From contig MU063101.1 in the NCBI GenBank assembly GCA_013265495.1, positions 6,066,164 through 6,130,163 on the forward strand: a DNA stretch of 64,000 bases. Direction: 5' to 3'. This document shows, piece by piece, positions 12,431 through 25,198 of the stretch. The position numbers were made by a program, and so were the translations under genes. How positions within the stretch are numbered: the stretch's first letter is position 1; each line of letters begins with the position of its first letter. The notes beneath the pieces are model-generated. The model searched no databases. It was given only the letters and a program-made list of their open reading frames with translations, and was not told where the DNA came from. Source of the DNA: Vicugna vicugna. Taxonomy: Eukaryota.

Positions 12431-13309
12431 TACATTCCTCCTCTCCCCTAATACTCTCCCCATCCCTGCTGTTTTCCAGATTTTTCCAACGTGCTCTGCT
12501 GTCTAATCCCTAGTCTGTTGTCCTCCTCCACTCAACCCTGGTTCTCTTATCTGACATTGAGGCTGGAAATTCCTATCTGAGCATGAAGGCAGTCATGAGC
12601 CTCAGACATTATAGAAACCTGAAGTTTTCAAATTCAATCTATTTAACAGAACAAGCTTGTCTTGAAGCAAAATCATAGGTGGAAGTCTAAGCTATTAAAG
12701 CAGATAAGAAGGGAGCTGTTCAGGTAAAGGTGAGGCAGGAGAGCTGGGACCCCCTCACCCTCATGTGGCCCATCATTTTCTGTGGCGATTCCTAAGGCTC
12801 TGGCATGGCACTTTAGGGTGCCACAGAACACGGTTTAACAACCACTCCTGCACAAGTCGCATGCTTGCTAAGATGCACTTTGGGTTGGGGCTCTGCCTAT
12901 TGAAATGCCAAAGGATGTGGGGAAAACTGGTGATCGCTGCTCACTCCTCCCCCGGCGCAGGTCACAGTTTCCCAAGGTCACTGTCTGAGCCTGCATTTAG
13001 GTATTTGTTTTTTCCTCCTGTTGATCGACTTCCTGGGCTGCTCGTTTTGTCATTGTGTTCTTTTTGTTGTTGTTGTTGTACTTGTCAGGACTTATTTTCT
13101 TTGATGAAAAAGGGTTCAACCCATACATTATGAGAAATTGGCTCTGACATGTATTTCTATTCCTTTTCCAAAAAAGTTTCCCTGTACATTTTCTCAAAGT
13201 GTCATTAAACTCTAATAGGCTTCCCCCAGTAACTCCCCCACCCCTGAGCCTGACTTAACCAAGCATTTTCTGAAAACAAGGTGACTCTTATTTAAGGATT
13301 CTGAATGTA

Positions 13310-13449
13310 NNNNNNNNNNNNNNNNNNNNNNNNNNNNNNNNNNNNNNNNNNNNNNNNNNNNNNNNNNNNNNNNNNNNNNNNNNNNNNNNNNNNNNNNNNN
13401 NNNNNNNNNNNNNNNNNNNNNNNNNNNNNNNNNNNNNNNNNNNNNNNNN
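13310..13449. other. Assembly gap (140 N)
   Basis: Run of N. Confidence 1.
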
Positions 13450-13829
13450 TTGGTTCATGTTTGGTAAACTTCAAATATTTGCTTTCATATAAGCTGGTTA
13501 AACTCTGAAAGACGAGTGCCATGTGTGGCCTGCTGTGTCAAAGGGCCTCTCTGTGATGTCCAGAACACAGCAGACTGTGTGTGCTTATGCACACGCTGCT
13601 CATACACACACACACGTGTGCACACGTGATTAGAGGCAGGTGGGGTGGCAGGTGACACTTGGAAGTAAATGTAGCATGACACTGCCATGCATGGGACATG
13701 AAGGGGGAAAGGGCACTGGCTGTCAGGAGATAGACACAAACTATTGTTGCTTTAAAGACAGTTTTCCTGCAGCTGCTGGAGAGGCAGGAGAGAGCACTCG
13801 GGAATGAGCTGCTTTCCCATTTGTGCTCA

Positions 13830-13945
13830 CTAGCTTAGGGTGATCTTGGACAAGCCTCTTAAACTCTCTGAGCCTCAGTGTTTCCGTCTTCAAAATGGGA
13901 ATGGTGTGACCCCCTTCCCCAGCCCGTGCTGTTGAAGAATGAGGG
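13830..13945 (+). mobile_element. MIR fragment
   Basis: gtgatcttggacaagcctcttaaactctctgagcctcagtgtttcc...aaaatggga. Confidence 0.7.
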
Positions 13946-14521
13946 ATTCTGCATGTTGACTGCAGGCGGCACACAGCTGGAATGCAGCAGTGGTAGGGGA
14001 CATCCACATTTGGCTTTCTTGCTAACTGCTTATCCTTCTGCACAGACTCTGATTTGGACACTTGTCTTCTGCTCTGTTGCCCATTGTTGATCTCTTGGTG
14101 TAGCAGAAACTGCCAGAACCCTGCTCACACCCTCTTCCCCTTACCATGTCAGTGAAAGCTCTTCTGACCTCTAGAACCTGGGTTTCTTCCCGTGGTCACC
14201 GGAACCTACTCCACCAGACTGGCAGTCTTGAAGAATTAACATTCTCCCCACCCCCCCATGCCAGGGATAGTCCTTCCCCAGCGATTGATGAGAGTGGCTG
14301 TGTACACCCCAGCTCCCTTGGCCCTCAGGTGGCTTGATCCTGAGGTACATGGTCTGCAATGAATGCCAGATTTCCTGATGGGAATAGCTTCAGTTGCCCA
14401 CACTGGTTGCTGGCTTGAAAACATTCCCATTATTGTTTCTTGAGAGTCTTTTCAACATGGCAGCTGGCATTTGGACAATCCAAGAGAGCAAGGTGGAAGC
14501 AGAAATGTCTTCTGTGACCGA

Positions 14522-14954
14522 TGTGTTTGCCATGGCCGCTGTAGCAAAATGGTCCAAAACTTGGTGGCTTAGAACAACACATATTTATTCTTTTGTAGCT
14601 CTGTAGACTGGCAGTCCAAAAGCAGTTTCACTAGGCCAAAAGCAAGGTGTCAGCAGGGCCATGTTTCCTGCCCGGAGGCTCTGGGGGAGACTCTATTTCC
14701 TTGACTTTTCTAGTTTCTAGAGGTGGTCCTCCTTCCTGGGTTCCTGGCCTCATTGCATCAGCTTCTTCATCTTCAGTAGTCAAATCTTATCTGTCCTCGT
14801 ACAAGGACCTTATAACCACTTAGGACTCACCTGGATAATCCCGGATAATCTTCCCATCTCGAGATCCTTAATCACCTCTGTTAAGTTCCCTTTGTCATTT
14901 AGGGTTACATTCGCAGGTTCTAGTGATTAGATGGACATTATTCAGCCAACTGCA
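14522..14954 (-). mobile_element. MaLR LTR (MLT1D/E-like)
   Basis: ggtggcttagaacaacacatatttatt...caaggtgtcagcagggcc...cacctggataatcccggataatcttcccatctcgagatccttaa. Confidence 0.85.
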
Positions 14955-15929
14955 ACCTACCTACAGAGGCCACACACTGTGGTCTCCTCCACATTAATTG
15001 AAAACGAGTTACTAGGTACAGCACACGTTCAAAGGAGGGGAATTAAGCCCTCTTTTTGAAGGGAAGACTGTAGACCTGTTTCAAAACCTCCAAATAGAGA
15101 AACCATAACTAAGACCTCTTGGTACTAGCTTACATACACCCCAGTGTCTGATGCTTTCTCCTTCCCAAGTTCAGTTGCTAAGAGACTGAGGTCTTACATT
15201 AGCCATCCTGCTCTTTGTTTGGGTTCTGTGGGTTCCACCCCAACCCGGGGACACCCATTGCATCTGATTCTCAGCTACCCTTCCTGTGACTGAGTGCTCA
15301 TAAGGACACCAAAGTAAAAATAACACATGTAATTTGAAACTCCAACTGTCTGTTGCCTCTTTTGCTTTGGAGGGGGTCATAATTCATATGGCTGAAAAAT
15401 AAATTTCTGTACAGAGACTAGAGGCATCAGGAGAAGGAAAAGATTGAAATTTTACATTATCTGCCACTTTTTACTCCTTTGGTTTAATTAATCAGTATTT
15501 ATAGAGAGCATACAGTGTGCCAAGTGCTGGGACAGCTGGGGCAGAACAGTGAGCATGTGGGCATAGGGCCTGCCCTCAAGGAGCTTCCAGTGCTGTGGAG
15601 CCTCAGACAATGACAAAATGACCCTTCAGATGCCTTGTAATCATAAGTGCCCCCCCCTGCCCTTCTTCTTTTTTTTTCTTTTGTGGTCCAAAACATTGGA
15701 ACTTTAAAACGTAGCCAGAAAAGGGGCCGCTAGAATACCTTTCTCTGTTAGCACTATCAGGCCAACTCTATTTCAGTAAGGCCCCCACAGCCTAAACTCC
15801 TGAATAGCAGAGAGATTGAGACACGTGTGGTAGACAAGGTACAAGGTGACCATGCAGCAGAGTACATTTGGGAAGTTCCATTTGGAGCTACTACAGGATC
15901 TGACCTCCTGTGGCCTCCAGCCCTTACTC

Positions 15930-16525
15930 TTAGCTATCACCCCTAATACTCTCATCTCTCCCTCCAGTGCTAGAAGCAATTCATTTACTTTTTGTCTCTA
16001 TATATTTGTCTATTTTGACATTTAGTATAAATGGGATCATATAATATGTGGCCTTTTATGTTGGCTTCTTTCACTGAGCATAGTGTTCTCAAGGTTCATC
16101 CATAAGATGATCCTTATAGTTCATGTCAGTTACTTCCTTTTTTATAGATGAATAATATTCTATTTGATGGCTATACCAGATTTTATTTATCCATTCATTA
16201 GTTGATGAACATTTGGGTTGTTTTTACCTTTTGTTTTTTATGAATAATGTTGCCATGAATATTCATACATAAGTTTTTGTGTGGACCTATGTTTTCATTT
16301 CTCTCGGGTGTACACCTCAGAGTGGAATTGCTGGTTCATATGGTGACTCTATGTTACCTTTCTGAGAAACTGACAGACTGTTTTCCAAAGTGGCTGCACC
16401 ATTTTACAACCCTATCAGCAATGTAGGGAAGGTTCAGTTCCTGTACATCTTTGTGAACACTTCTTGTCTTTCTTTTGACTGTAGCCATCCCTGTGGGCAT
16501 GGTTTGGCATCTCACTGTGGCCTGC
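15930..16525 (-). mobile_element. Old L1 (L1MB-like) 3' region
   Basis: tcactgagcatagtgttctcaaggttcatccat...ggaattgctggttcatatgg...ttccaaagtggctgcaccattttaca. Confidence 0.85.
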
Positions 16526-16968
16526 TTGGAGTTTGGCATCTTTTGAAGTTTGACTTGTTGGGGCCAGTGCCCATCTCCTTTGGCACCGTCTCTCTACATC
16601 TTGCCTGGTGCCCAGCTCATGGTAAATTTTCACACACCATGTGGATTAGATAAAGTAGGTGGTTTCCATATTTGCTGCTCCCAGTCATGCTCCATCTCAT
16701 CTCTTGCCTCACAAGTAAGACATTTGATTTTCTATCCATGATCTTCTTTTACCAACTGAATACTCACCCTAACCTCTTGCTTTACATTTCTCCCCAGGGA
16801 TGGCTATTCCTTTCTTGAAGTCAAAGGGAGAGCTCAGTTGCTTAGGAGAACTCTGCTTCAAATGTCCAGAATCTACCACAAATGCCCAATATAGTACCTC
16901 ATGTTAGTTTCCCCAGCCTAGCACCTGGCCCACAGGTGTTACCAAGAAATGCTTCCTTCTCCTTGCTT

Positions 16969-17470
16969 TGAGAATTAGTTTCCTATTGCTGCTGTCACAA
17001 ATTAATACAAACTTTGTGGCTTAAAACAATACAACTTATTACCTTAGAGTTATGTAGTTCAGAAGTCCCATTCAGGTCTCACTGGGCTAAAATCAAGGTG
17101 TCAGCAGGGCAGCATTTCTCTTGGAGGCTCCCAGGGAGAGAATCCGTTTCCTTGCTTTTTCCACTTCCGGAAGTCACTCCTATCCCTTGACTCATAATCC
17201 CTTCCTCCATCTTCAAAGCCAGCAGCATTTCACCTCTCAGACCCTGCTTCCTCTGACTCTCCTGCCTCCCTCTTAACTTTTAACCTTTGTGATTACATTG
17301 GGCACACCTGGACAACCCAGGCTGCTCTCCTTATTTTAAGGTCAGCTAGCTGATCAGCAATCTTAATTTCATCTGCAACCTTAATTTTGTTTTGCCATGA
17401 AATGTAACATATTTACATGGTTCTGAGGATTTGGATGTGGACATCTTTGGGAGCCATTAGTCTTCTTTCC
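16969..17470 (-). mobile_element. MaLR LTR (MLT1C-like)
   Basis: ttagtttcctattgctgctg...ctaaaatcaaggtgtcagcagggc...caatcttaatttcatctgcaaccttaatt...gtggacatctttgggagccatt. Confidence 0.85.
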
Positions 17471-18309
17471 TCCCCCTGACTCTTTCCCCTTCCTACCTTC
17501 CTGTCTTCCTCTCTCTCTCTCCCTTCCCTCTTGGTTGCTCCCACCACATTTTAATAGGGGAAGAAATTGAGCAGACTGTCATTTTACCAAGAATGCTGGC
17601 AGGTCAGTGGCAGTTCTAGGGTCATTACTGAAATGCCAAAGGCAGTAAAAGCTGTCTGTCAAAATCGGCCTTGTAACTTGTGGGTCTCTCAGAGTATATT
17701 TTTAAATGGAATTTTAACTTCACAAGGTTCATTTTTTTTCAAGAATATTATGAATTTGCAAATTTTAGACTGAAATTCTTTCTTCCTTTAATCAGAACCA
17801 TTCAAAAGGCAAGTTATTCAGGCATTGTACAAAAGAGGATAAATTACTTGGTGATGCAATTTCATCTTGGTGCTGGGAAGAAAACTGGGAGGGAGGGGCC
17901 CACGGCAGAGTCCTTCCATACTGTGTCCTTCACTCCATCCTGTGAGTGAAGCCTGATGGGATGATGCTTAGGGAAAGGGCATTAGGGACATAATCAGTAT
18001 AAACCTTGAGAAAGATAAATTTGGAGGGTGAATGAGGAAAGGAAAAGAAAGTAATGGGGTCACAAAGCAGTCTAGACTTTCTTTTTTAATTTTTCTATGA
18101 ATACATTTGCAAGAAGACAGATGAAAACAATCTTATTTATTCAACAAACTTTTACTTGAGATATGCAGTCTGCAAAGAGAAATGTTATGCAATGGGAGAA
18201 GAGAATAAGGCAAAGAAACAAAAGGAATACCCTTGCTTTCATTGAGCTAATACTGACATAATCACACCCCATGCAACGCAAGCTGGGAAGGACATACTGA
18301 TGTTCTCTG

Positions 18310-18722
18310 TGGTGGATGGTTTTCATTTCCTGGCTGTCTCCCACCCAACTCCTCTCTGGACTATGTAGTCTTGATAGTAATTTGTATCCTACCTCTCACT
18401 GTGGAAGACACATACAGCAGGGTGAATCTCTGGAGGCAGAGGGTGGGCATAATGGGGCCAGATAAATGGGTAGTTAGAATTCATTGATGACAGCTGCAGG
18501 AGAAGCTATAGCATGATGGTAGCATCCTTGTCAGGCTGGCTTGCCAAAAGATGCTGCTTCTTGGTCCACTAACACTGACTCGGTTTGTGCTTATTTTCCA
18601 AGTTGGGTCCTTCATCTTCACATCCATTTTGTGAACCCCAATTTCCTCCTCTAAGTTACTTCTCTGCTTAACATATCAAAGCTAGTTTCTGTTGCTTGCC
18701 ATTCAGAACCCTGGCAGATAAC
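18310..18722 (+). mobile_element. Old MaLR/ERVL LTR remnant
   Basis: Ends with ttctctgcttaa...gctagtttctgttgcttgc...aaccctggcagataaca, an MLT1H-L-type terminus. Confidence 0.5.
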
Positions 18723-18979
18723 ACTGTTTATTAGCTAAGAGAAAATAAGCTTAGTTGCTGCTGATTGTAGACACACAGGAAGTCTGGACATTAGGGCTTG
18801 AGGGCTCGCATTTCCCTATGCCAGGAAGGGTCTCCCATTGAATCTTTGCATGTCTTGCTCCTTTTGGACTTTCAGGTCATTGTTAAATGCTGCCGTCTCA
18901 GAGATGACTTCCACAACCAGCCTGCCCAAGTCAGCCACCCTGTCCCTCTCTATCAAGGAATATGCAGCCCTGCTTATAC

Positions 18980-19125
18980 ATTAGGAGCTTTAAAAATACT
19001 AATGCTTGGGTCTGACCCATGATGGATTCTGACTTAGTTGGTCTGGTGATCAGCCTGGGTATCTGGACTTAAAAAATCAGCCCAGGTGATTCTAATATGT
19101 AGCTGACATAAAGAATCCCTGATCT
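18980..19125. mobile_element. MER5A/B-like hAT MITE
   Basis: gattctgacttagttggtctgg...gcccaggtgattctaatatgtagc. Confidence 0.65.
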
Positions 19126-19129
19126 GTCA

Positions 19130-19310
19130 TACAACCCTATTTTAATACTCTGCAAGGCACTTAACACCCTCTAATGCATACATTTGCTACTTTTCTGATT
19201 TGAGTGCTGGCTGTCTTTCTGCACCAGAATGTAAGCTTTGTGAGAACAAGAGCTTTTCCTTGTTCACATGCCTATAGTAGATAATACAACAAACACTGAA
19301 TGAATAAATA
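19130..19310 (+). mobile_element. L2 3' end
   Basis: ccagaatgtaagctttgtgagaacaag...aaacactgaatgaataaat. Confidence 0.6.
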
Positions 19311-19659
19311 GTGCAAACATTTCTTTCCTTTCCCCAGCTGGTTGCCTTGTAGGTTGCTCAGATTTGCTCTAGATCATGCCTGAGCAACCTGTCTCCATCT
19401 TTCTTCCCTCTTGATTTCCTTCTCTCACTCAGCCTGGGATCTGTCCTTGCTGTTGCCCCATGGACTTGGAGCCTTGGACATTGGCATTTGAAATTTCATC
19501 TTGGGGTGGCTTTAGGTTTCTCGGGTGAGGTGGGGCAAGGGAGAGGCTTGGCTATTCAGATTCTTCAGTGAAGAACTGACAAAACAGTGTGCTCCCCATA
19601 GCAGCTAAGGGTGATTGTTTCGTCTCTTCTGAATATAGGGGTTAATTGTGTGGGCTCGA

Positions 19660-19870
19660 CCTGAACTACCTTGATTTAAGTTCTGGCTTGGCCACCCTCA
19701 AGCTTTGTGCCTTTGGGAAAGTTATCTCACTTCTCTGTGCCTTGTTTTCTTCATGGGTAAAATGAGGAAAGTAAAAATGATACTTTTCTCACAAGGCTGT
19801 TTGTATGAAATGAGTCTATTGATTTTATAGCCCAACTTAAGGGTTGTGGATTGTGCTAAAAGAGCCACCA
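19660..19870 (+). mobile_element. MIR
   Basis: gctttgtgcctttgggaaagttatctcacttctctgtgccttgttttcttcatgggtaaaatgagg. Confidence 0.7.
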
Positions 19871-19939
19871 GCTCTGAAGTTAAGAAGGAACATGGGGCAG
19901 AGAGGGACAAGGCAACATGGTTGTCTGCAGTTAACTGTA

Positions 19940-20130
19940 ATAGAACTAGGAGCTAGCCATGGTGCTGAGTGTTTCACAGGGATCCTGTTATTGAATTATC
20001 ACAGCCAGATAAGCCAGGCACTATGATTACCTCCAATTTTATAGACATATGAGGTGTAATCCAAACCCCAGAAAGTCTGCCTGACTCCAGAGCCTAAGGT
20101 GAGATATTGCTGCTAGAGCCTGAACCAAAA
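19940..20130 (-). mobile_element. MIR
   Basis: ggtgctgagtgtttcacaggga...ctccaattttatagacatatgagg. Confidence 0.55.
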
Positions 20131-21129
20131 GGCACATTATTGTGGTAAATGCATTTCCTGGACTTGAGGGACTGGGCTGGAGGAATAGATATGAGAAACT
20201 GGAATGAAAGAGTGGGCAGATTTCTTGGAGAAGGCATTGTGAGCAGGAACTTTAGGGAGAAGTTCCCTGGAGCCAGAGAATATTACAGACATTGATAATG
20301 GTGCCCACGTAGGCAGAGGTGGGTGTAAACTATAAGAGGAAGCTGTTGCAGGCACAGCTCTTTATGATGGTGGGGATGTCCTCCAGGCAGAGTTTATGCA
20401 AAATCTCCGTTTCCAATTTTCTTCCTGGCTTATTCTTTCCCACCATTATCTCCTTTCCTTTCTCCTCTACTACATCTCCAGTCTGTTGACAGAACAGTTA
20501 ATGCATTAATCTATTCATTAAATAAATAATAAGTGTATTGGGGGCCTGCTTGGGGCCAGGCCTTTGCTGCGTGTAAAACAGTGAGCACCCCTGCAGTTTA
20601 GTCCTCACCACCTCCTCACCTCCCAACAGCTGCAGATGCTTTGGTCACATAGAGCCCCCAGTAGATCCCTGCCAAGAGCTCTGTATGCTTACCTGGCCAA
20701 GCCTCTAGTTCCACATCAGAAACCCAGCTGAGGGCCAGGAAATTGCACGAAGAGAAAAATCACAAAGTTCAGGTAGACCCAGGTCTTTTTCTCTCTCAAG
20801 GCCCCCCTCAGACCCATTATTAGATGATACTATGTACTGACCACAAGGAGCCCCACATCTCTAAATGCTGCCCAGTTTCTTCAGAAATATGCCTGGCCAC
20901 CCAGGATTAGGTAGATGGAAATATAGATCAGAAAATGATTGCTTCTCTTGCCTGAAGGAAGCATCCCACAGTGTGGTTCTCCCTAGAGAAAGTCCATGCT
21001 TTATGCCCTGAGTATTTCAAGGAAGGCTGACTCTTTTTAGAAACCACAGTGCTTTCCCTCATTCTCACTGTCACTCTCCTGATCTGCGTGACCACTCACT
21101 CACATTGATTAGCCCCCTCCCCACATCCC

Positions 21130-21500
21130 ATCAGTGGCCAGAATGTTTCCAAAGTGCGAATATGGCCATGTAATCTCTGTTCCCACCCTAGCAAATGCTT
21201 CCCAAGGCTCCTGGAGGGAGCCAGAAGGTGAGCACCTGCAGGGCCTCAGGGTTGGCCTGTGCCTCCCTGTCTGGCCTGATTTAGACCTTCCTCTGCTGCT
21301 AGTAATTGCTTCCTTCTCCCTCCTTCAGCCCATCCTCAACTCCTCAGCGCTGCAGTTAGATCTCCTCTCAGTTCCCAAATCCCCTTTCTACAGGCTTTCA
21401 TCTACTTACCCTAGCTATGACTTCACTTGTATTGGTATGGTTCTTTCATTATCTCTGTCTCCTCTGTGAACCCACTGAGGGCAGGGAGCTTTTGTCTCAA
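21130..21500 (+). mobile_element. L2 fragment
   Basis: gtggccagaatgtttcc...catgtaatctctgttccc...cccactgagggcaggga. Confidence 0.6.
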
Positions 21501-21574
21501 TTTTCCTCCTTCCTAGCCAAAACTTTTAGATTTCTATCTACTTCCCAATATTTATTCATCCCTCCTACTCTGAA

Positions 21575-22150
21575 TTCTCTCAGAGCAGCAGTATGCCCAG
21601 TTGAAAGACCGTATTTCTCAGCTTCTCCTGGAGATAAATGGGGCCAGGTGAGAACATTCTGAATATAAAGCACTTCTGGGACATGTGGGAAGCCTGTATG
21701 TTGGGATATTAATCCACGAGGAGAGGGCACTTTTGACCTTTGCATGCTTGGTATGTGGACATGATGGCTGGAGCTTGAGCAGCTGTAATTAGACCATGAG
21801 GTTATGCTGTAGGTTGTTGGACCATCAAGACAGAAGGAGGCTGCTGATGGACTGTAACTAGACTTGTGGTGGTCACTCTGTAGTATATACGGATGTTGAA
21901 CTATAAGGCTGTACACATTAACCTTATATAATAAAAAATAGTAATGATACTAAAGTATAAAAATAATAGAAGGAAGGTTGGATCCCTGATAAACATGGGA
22001 GTCCCACACCAGTTCTGGACTGCCTGACTTCAGACTTCTTTTTTTTCTCTTAAAAAATAATTTTTGTTGATTCTTCCCCTTACAAAATTTATTCAAATTA
22101 CATCTATTTGAAGTGGTAAGATCACAGCTAGAGAACAAGTCATCCTGTAA
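21575..22150 (+). mobile_element. Old MaLR LTR (MLT1H/J-like), fragmented
   Basis: catgatggctggagcttgagcagc...gaccatgagg...ctggactgcctgacttcagactt. Confidence 0.55.
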
Positions 22151-23695
22151 GGAATCCATTTATAAAACTCATAAAAGCTTTTTTCTCTTTTATGTTATAT
22201 TAAATATTTTCCCTTTTTAAAGGAGCATACAACACAAAGCTAATCTTATTAATACTTTGCCTATTCTGGTTTTGGGAGAAATACCTCATTATTCAAAATC
22301 TTGTACCCCATAGGAAAAAAATTCTTACAGCCTGACAACTGCCCCCTGACTTTTTCTTTAAAGCTTTTTCCTTCAAATATCTCTCCTCCTCTACACTAGT
22401 TGTGATGCACACACCTAGTTCCTAGTTCTTACTTTCTTTTCTCAGAAAAGCAAAGCTTTTACTACTACAATCTCAGGAATAGATCTACGGAAATGAAACC
22501 AAAAGTGAAAACAGAAATGAAAACAAGAATCACAACAAAACATGAAAACCAAATGCACTCTCAAAAATCACAATCCAGCTGGAAAATAGTCTGGCAGTGT
22601 TTATAAATTAATTGCTATTTTTGTAGAAAATTGTTAGAAGATAAAAATGTAAGTAGACTACATACCGATGTAAATAAATCCATCTCTGCAAAGTCTGTAC
22701 AGATAAACTCACACCTGATATTGTTGGACAGCTTGTGTGTTGCCCTTTACACAGTTTATGTTCTTAAGGTCATTCCGTCATAATTCCCAACTAGTAACTT
22801 TTAGTCATTTCATGTATGAGTTATAGTAGCAGCAACTCAGTTGTACAGGAAACCTGTATAGTTACTTATACTTAAGTAACACAAATAATATACTACTAAC
22901 TCACTTTGTATGCCACATGGTATGATAAAAATAAAATGACAAATGCAAGCAGAATACAGAATGGAATATCTAATTAATGGACATTTGTTAAGCCCACTTA
23001 CTGGAGAAACTTTATGCATGAAGGGACTTTTAAGATGTGGTAGGGTTCCTTTCATTTTCAAATTCATAAATATGGCATTACATTACCAAAAGATTTAATT
23101 ACAAAAAACCCAAAACACACAACAACATAGCCAGGTGAACTCATTTGTTAGACTGGAAAAAGCCTACTTTGTGCAGCTGGCAAAGAGAATCACACAAAGC
23201 TGGGAGCAGAGGCTACTAACCAGATGAAATCAACACGGGAAATAGAGAAAAGTTTGACATAAGTGTTTCCCACCCAGGAAAAAACCCATAGTGTATTTTC
23301 AGGAGGCACTTAGCCTAAGCTCCTATTCTCTGTTGCACCCCAATACTTTACCTAGGCAGACCACATCAACATTATGTATCAAGTCCAGTGTGTGTGACAG
23401 AGGAGGATGAGGATGTAAGAAAAGGAAGATAATCTGAATGTTTGGCTCTCTTCTCAAACATCTGCCCATGTATACCTGCACAAACAGTTCAAAGTGCTGG
23501 TGCCATCGTTTTGAACCCACTGTGACTTTGCCTACAGTGAAATCTATCTGCAGCAAACAGCTAGAGCTGTCTTTTCTTCTTCCCCTGAGGGAAGGGAAAT
23601 TTTCAATCCAATTAAACACATATAATGGAGTGTCCACTATGTGTCTAGCATTGTTCAGACACATAGTATTTCAGTCTAACTGTTATTCTTGAGTT

Positions 23696-23751
23696 TGTTT
23701 CTTTTTTTTTGTTTTTGTTTTTGTTTTTTTTTTTTTTTTTAAATTTTTTTA
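23696..23751 (-). mobile_element. Poly(A)-tail-only retrotransposition insertion
   Basis: T-rich run flanked by the direct repeat tcttgagtt at 23687-23695 and 23752-23760. Confidence 0.6.
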
Positions 23752-24640
23752 TCTTGAGTTACTAGGAAGCCAAACCAGACACATTCCCAGTGAGCAATGG
23801 CATGGCCATCCCTACCTCCCAATGGAAAAGTCATTCTGGGATAGTACCAGCAGGATTTGCAGCTAGCAAAAAGCTTCCAAGTTGAGATGGTTTCCTGCAG
23901 AGTAAATCAAGAGACACCCTGACATGACATTGCTTCCTTTTCTAGGTGCTGATTTCCCTTGGTCCAACCTACTCCACAGACAGAGGGGAAAGGTTTCTGG
24001 CCAGGGCCATTGCAGCACTCAACCCAGTTTCAGATTCTCTTTCTACCAGCCTCCATCTTGAGAAGTATCCTCAGAGTGCAACACAACACAATCCTTTCCT
24101 GTCTGAGAAGTTCAAGGATGGAGAAATCCATACCTGCTGTTCCTTGGGCCTGCTACATAATCTACCTGGTTCTCTTTTTCCATAAGTCACCTTGGTCAGT
24201 GAGCTGCAGGCTTCCCCTCCAGAGAAAGGAGCAAGATGAGACAAGGCTTCTTGCAGAGGCTAAAACTTAGATCATATGGGGTTAGATACCCTGATTGGTA
24301 GAGGTTCTCTCATCCTCACCAGGGCCTCTGCTTAACTACTTTGAATTAGCAAAACTGCTTAAAGTAAACAAATTAAGTGCAATAATGATGGGTTTCACAA
24401 GAATGCTTAAACGACAGCCAAAAGAAAGAAAGAAAAGTTTAAACAATCCACAAAAAACTCCTAAGTAGGCATTTGCTATGAATATACTGTAAACCTACAA
24501 ATATATTGGGAGCAGGGAGGGGTTGATTGAAATCCCCAACAGGTTAGAGTGGTAGAACTTTACATTTCTTCTGGATTTGCAACAAGTATTTGAAAACTTT
24601 CTCCATCCTAAAGTCTTTGGAGACTCTCTTGACCTCCTAA

Positions 24641-25148
24641 TGTTACTGAGTCTAAGCTCCTACTTCTCCCCACATGATCGGCCAGTAAATTGAGAGATGA
24701 GTTGTTGGGGCAAGGAATAGTAACTTTATTTGGAAAGCCAGCAGACTGAGAAGATGGTGAAACAGTGACCCAAAGAACCATCTTACCAGAGTTAGAATTC
24801 ACGCTTCTTTTATACTATAAGGGACAGGGTGTGGCTGGTTGTTGCAAACTTCTTGGTACCTGAATCCTTTGTTCTTACAACTGTCCATGGAGGTCTAATT
24901 ACAATGTTTCTATAAATCTCCAACAAGACAAATGTTATTCTCTGTTCTGAAACTTTTTATCTCTATATGAATGGAAAAGTATTATACATTTAAAGGTCAG
25001 AGCCCTGAGAATGGGCTATCATGAATATTTCAGGCTATAGGCAACATACTTTTACAAAGGTATGTAAAAGCTACAGGCAACAGTGCAGAAGAGTTAGAGC
25101 TAAAGGGATAGATCCAGTATGGAGTCAGGTTTATTCTTCTCTGTTACA
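24641..25148 (-). mobile_element. ERV1-type solo LTR (508 bp)
   Basis: TG...CA termini (tgttac...gttaca) and exact 4-bp TSD ctaa (24637-24640 / 25149-25152). Antisense AATAAA at 24725-24730 and TATA-like site at 24808-24814. Confidence 0.9.
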
Positions 25149-25198
25149 CTAATGTGACCATACACCGCTTAAACTGAATCATGGTCGGTAACATGATA

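Noticed and set aside
23323-23664. 113-aa minus-strand ORF, including a possible 72-nt exon IDFTVGKVTVGSKRWHQHFELFVQ
   Set aside because: No recognisable homology; it starts in an L2-like scrap and the splice signals are mediocre.
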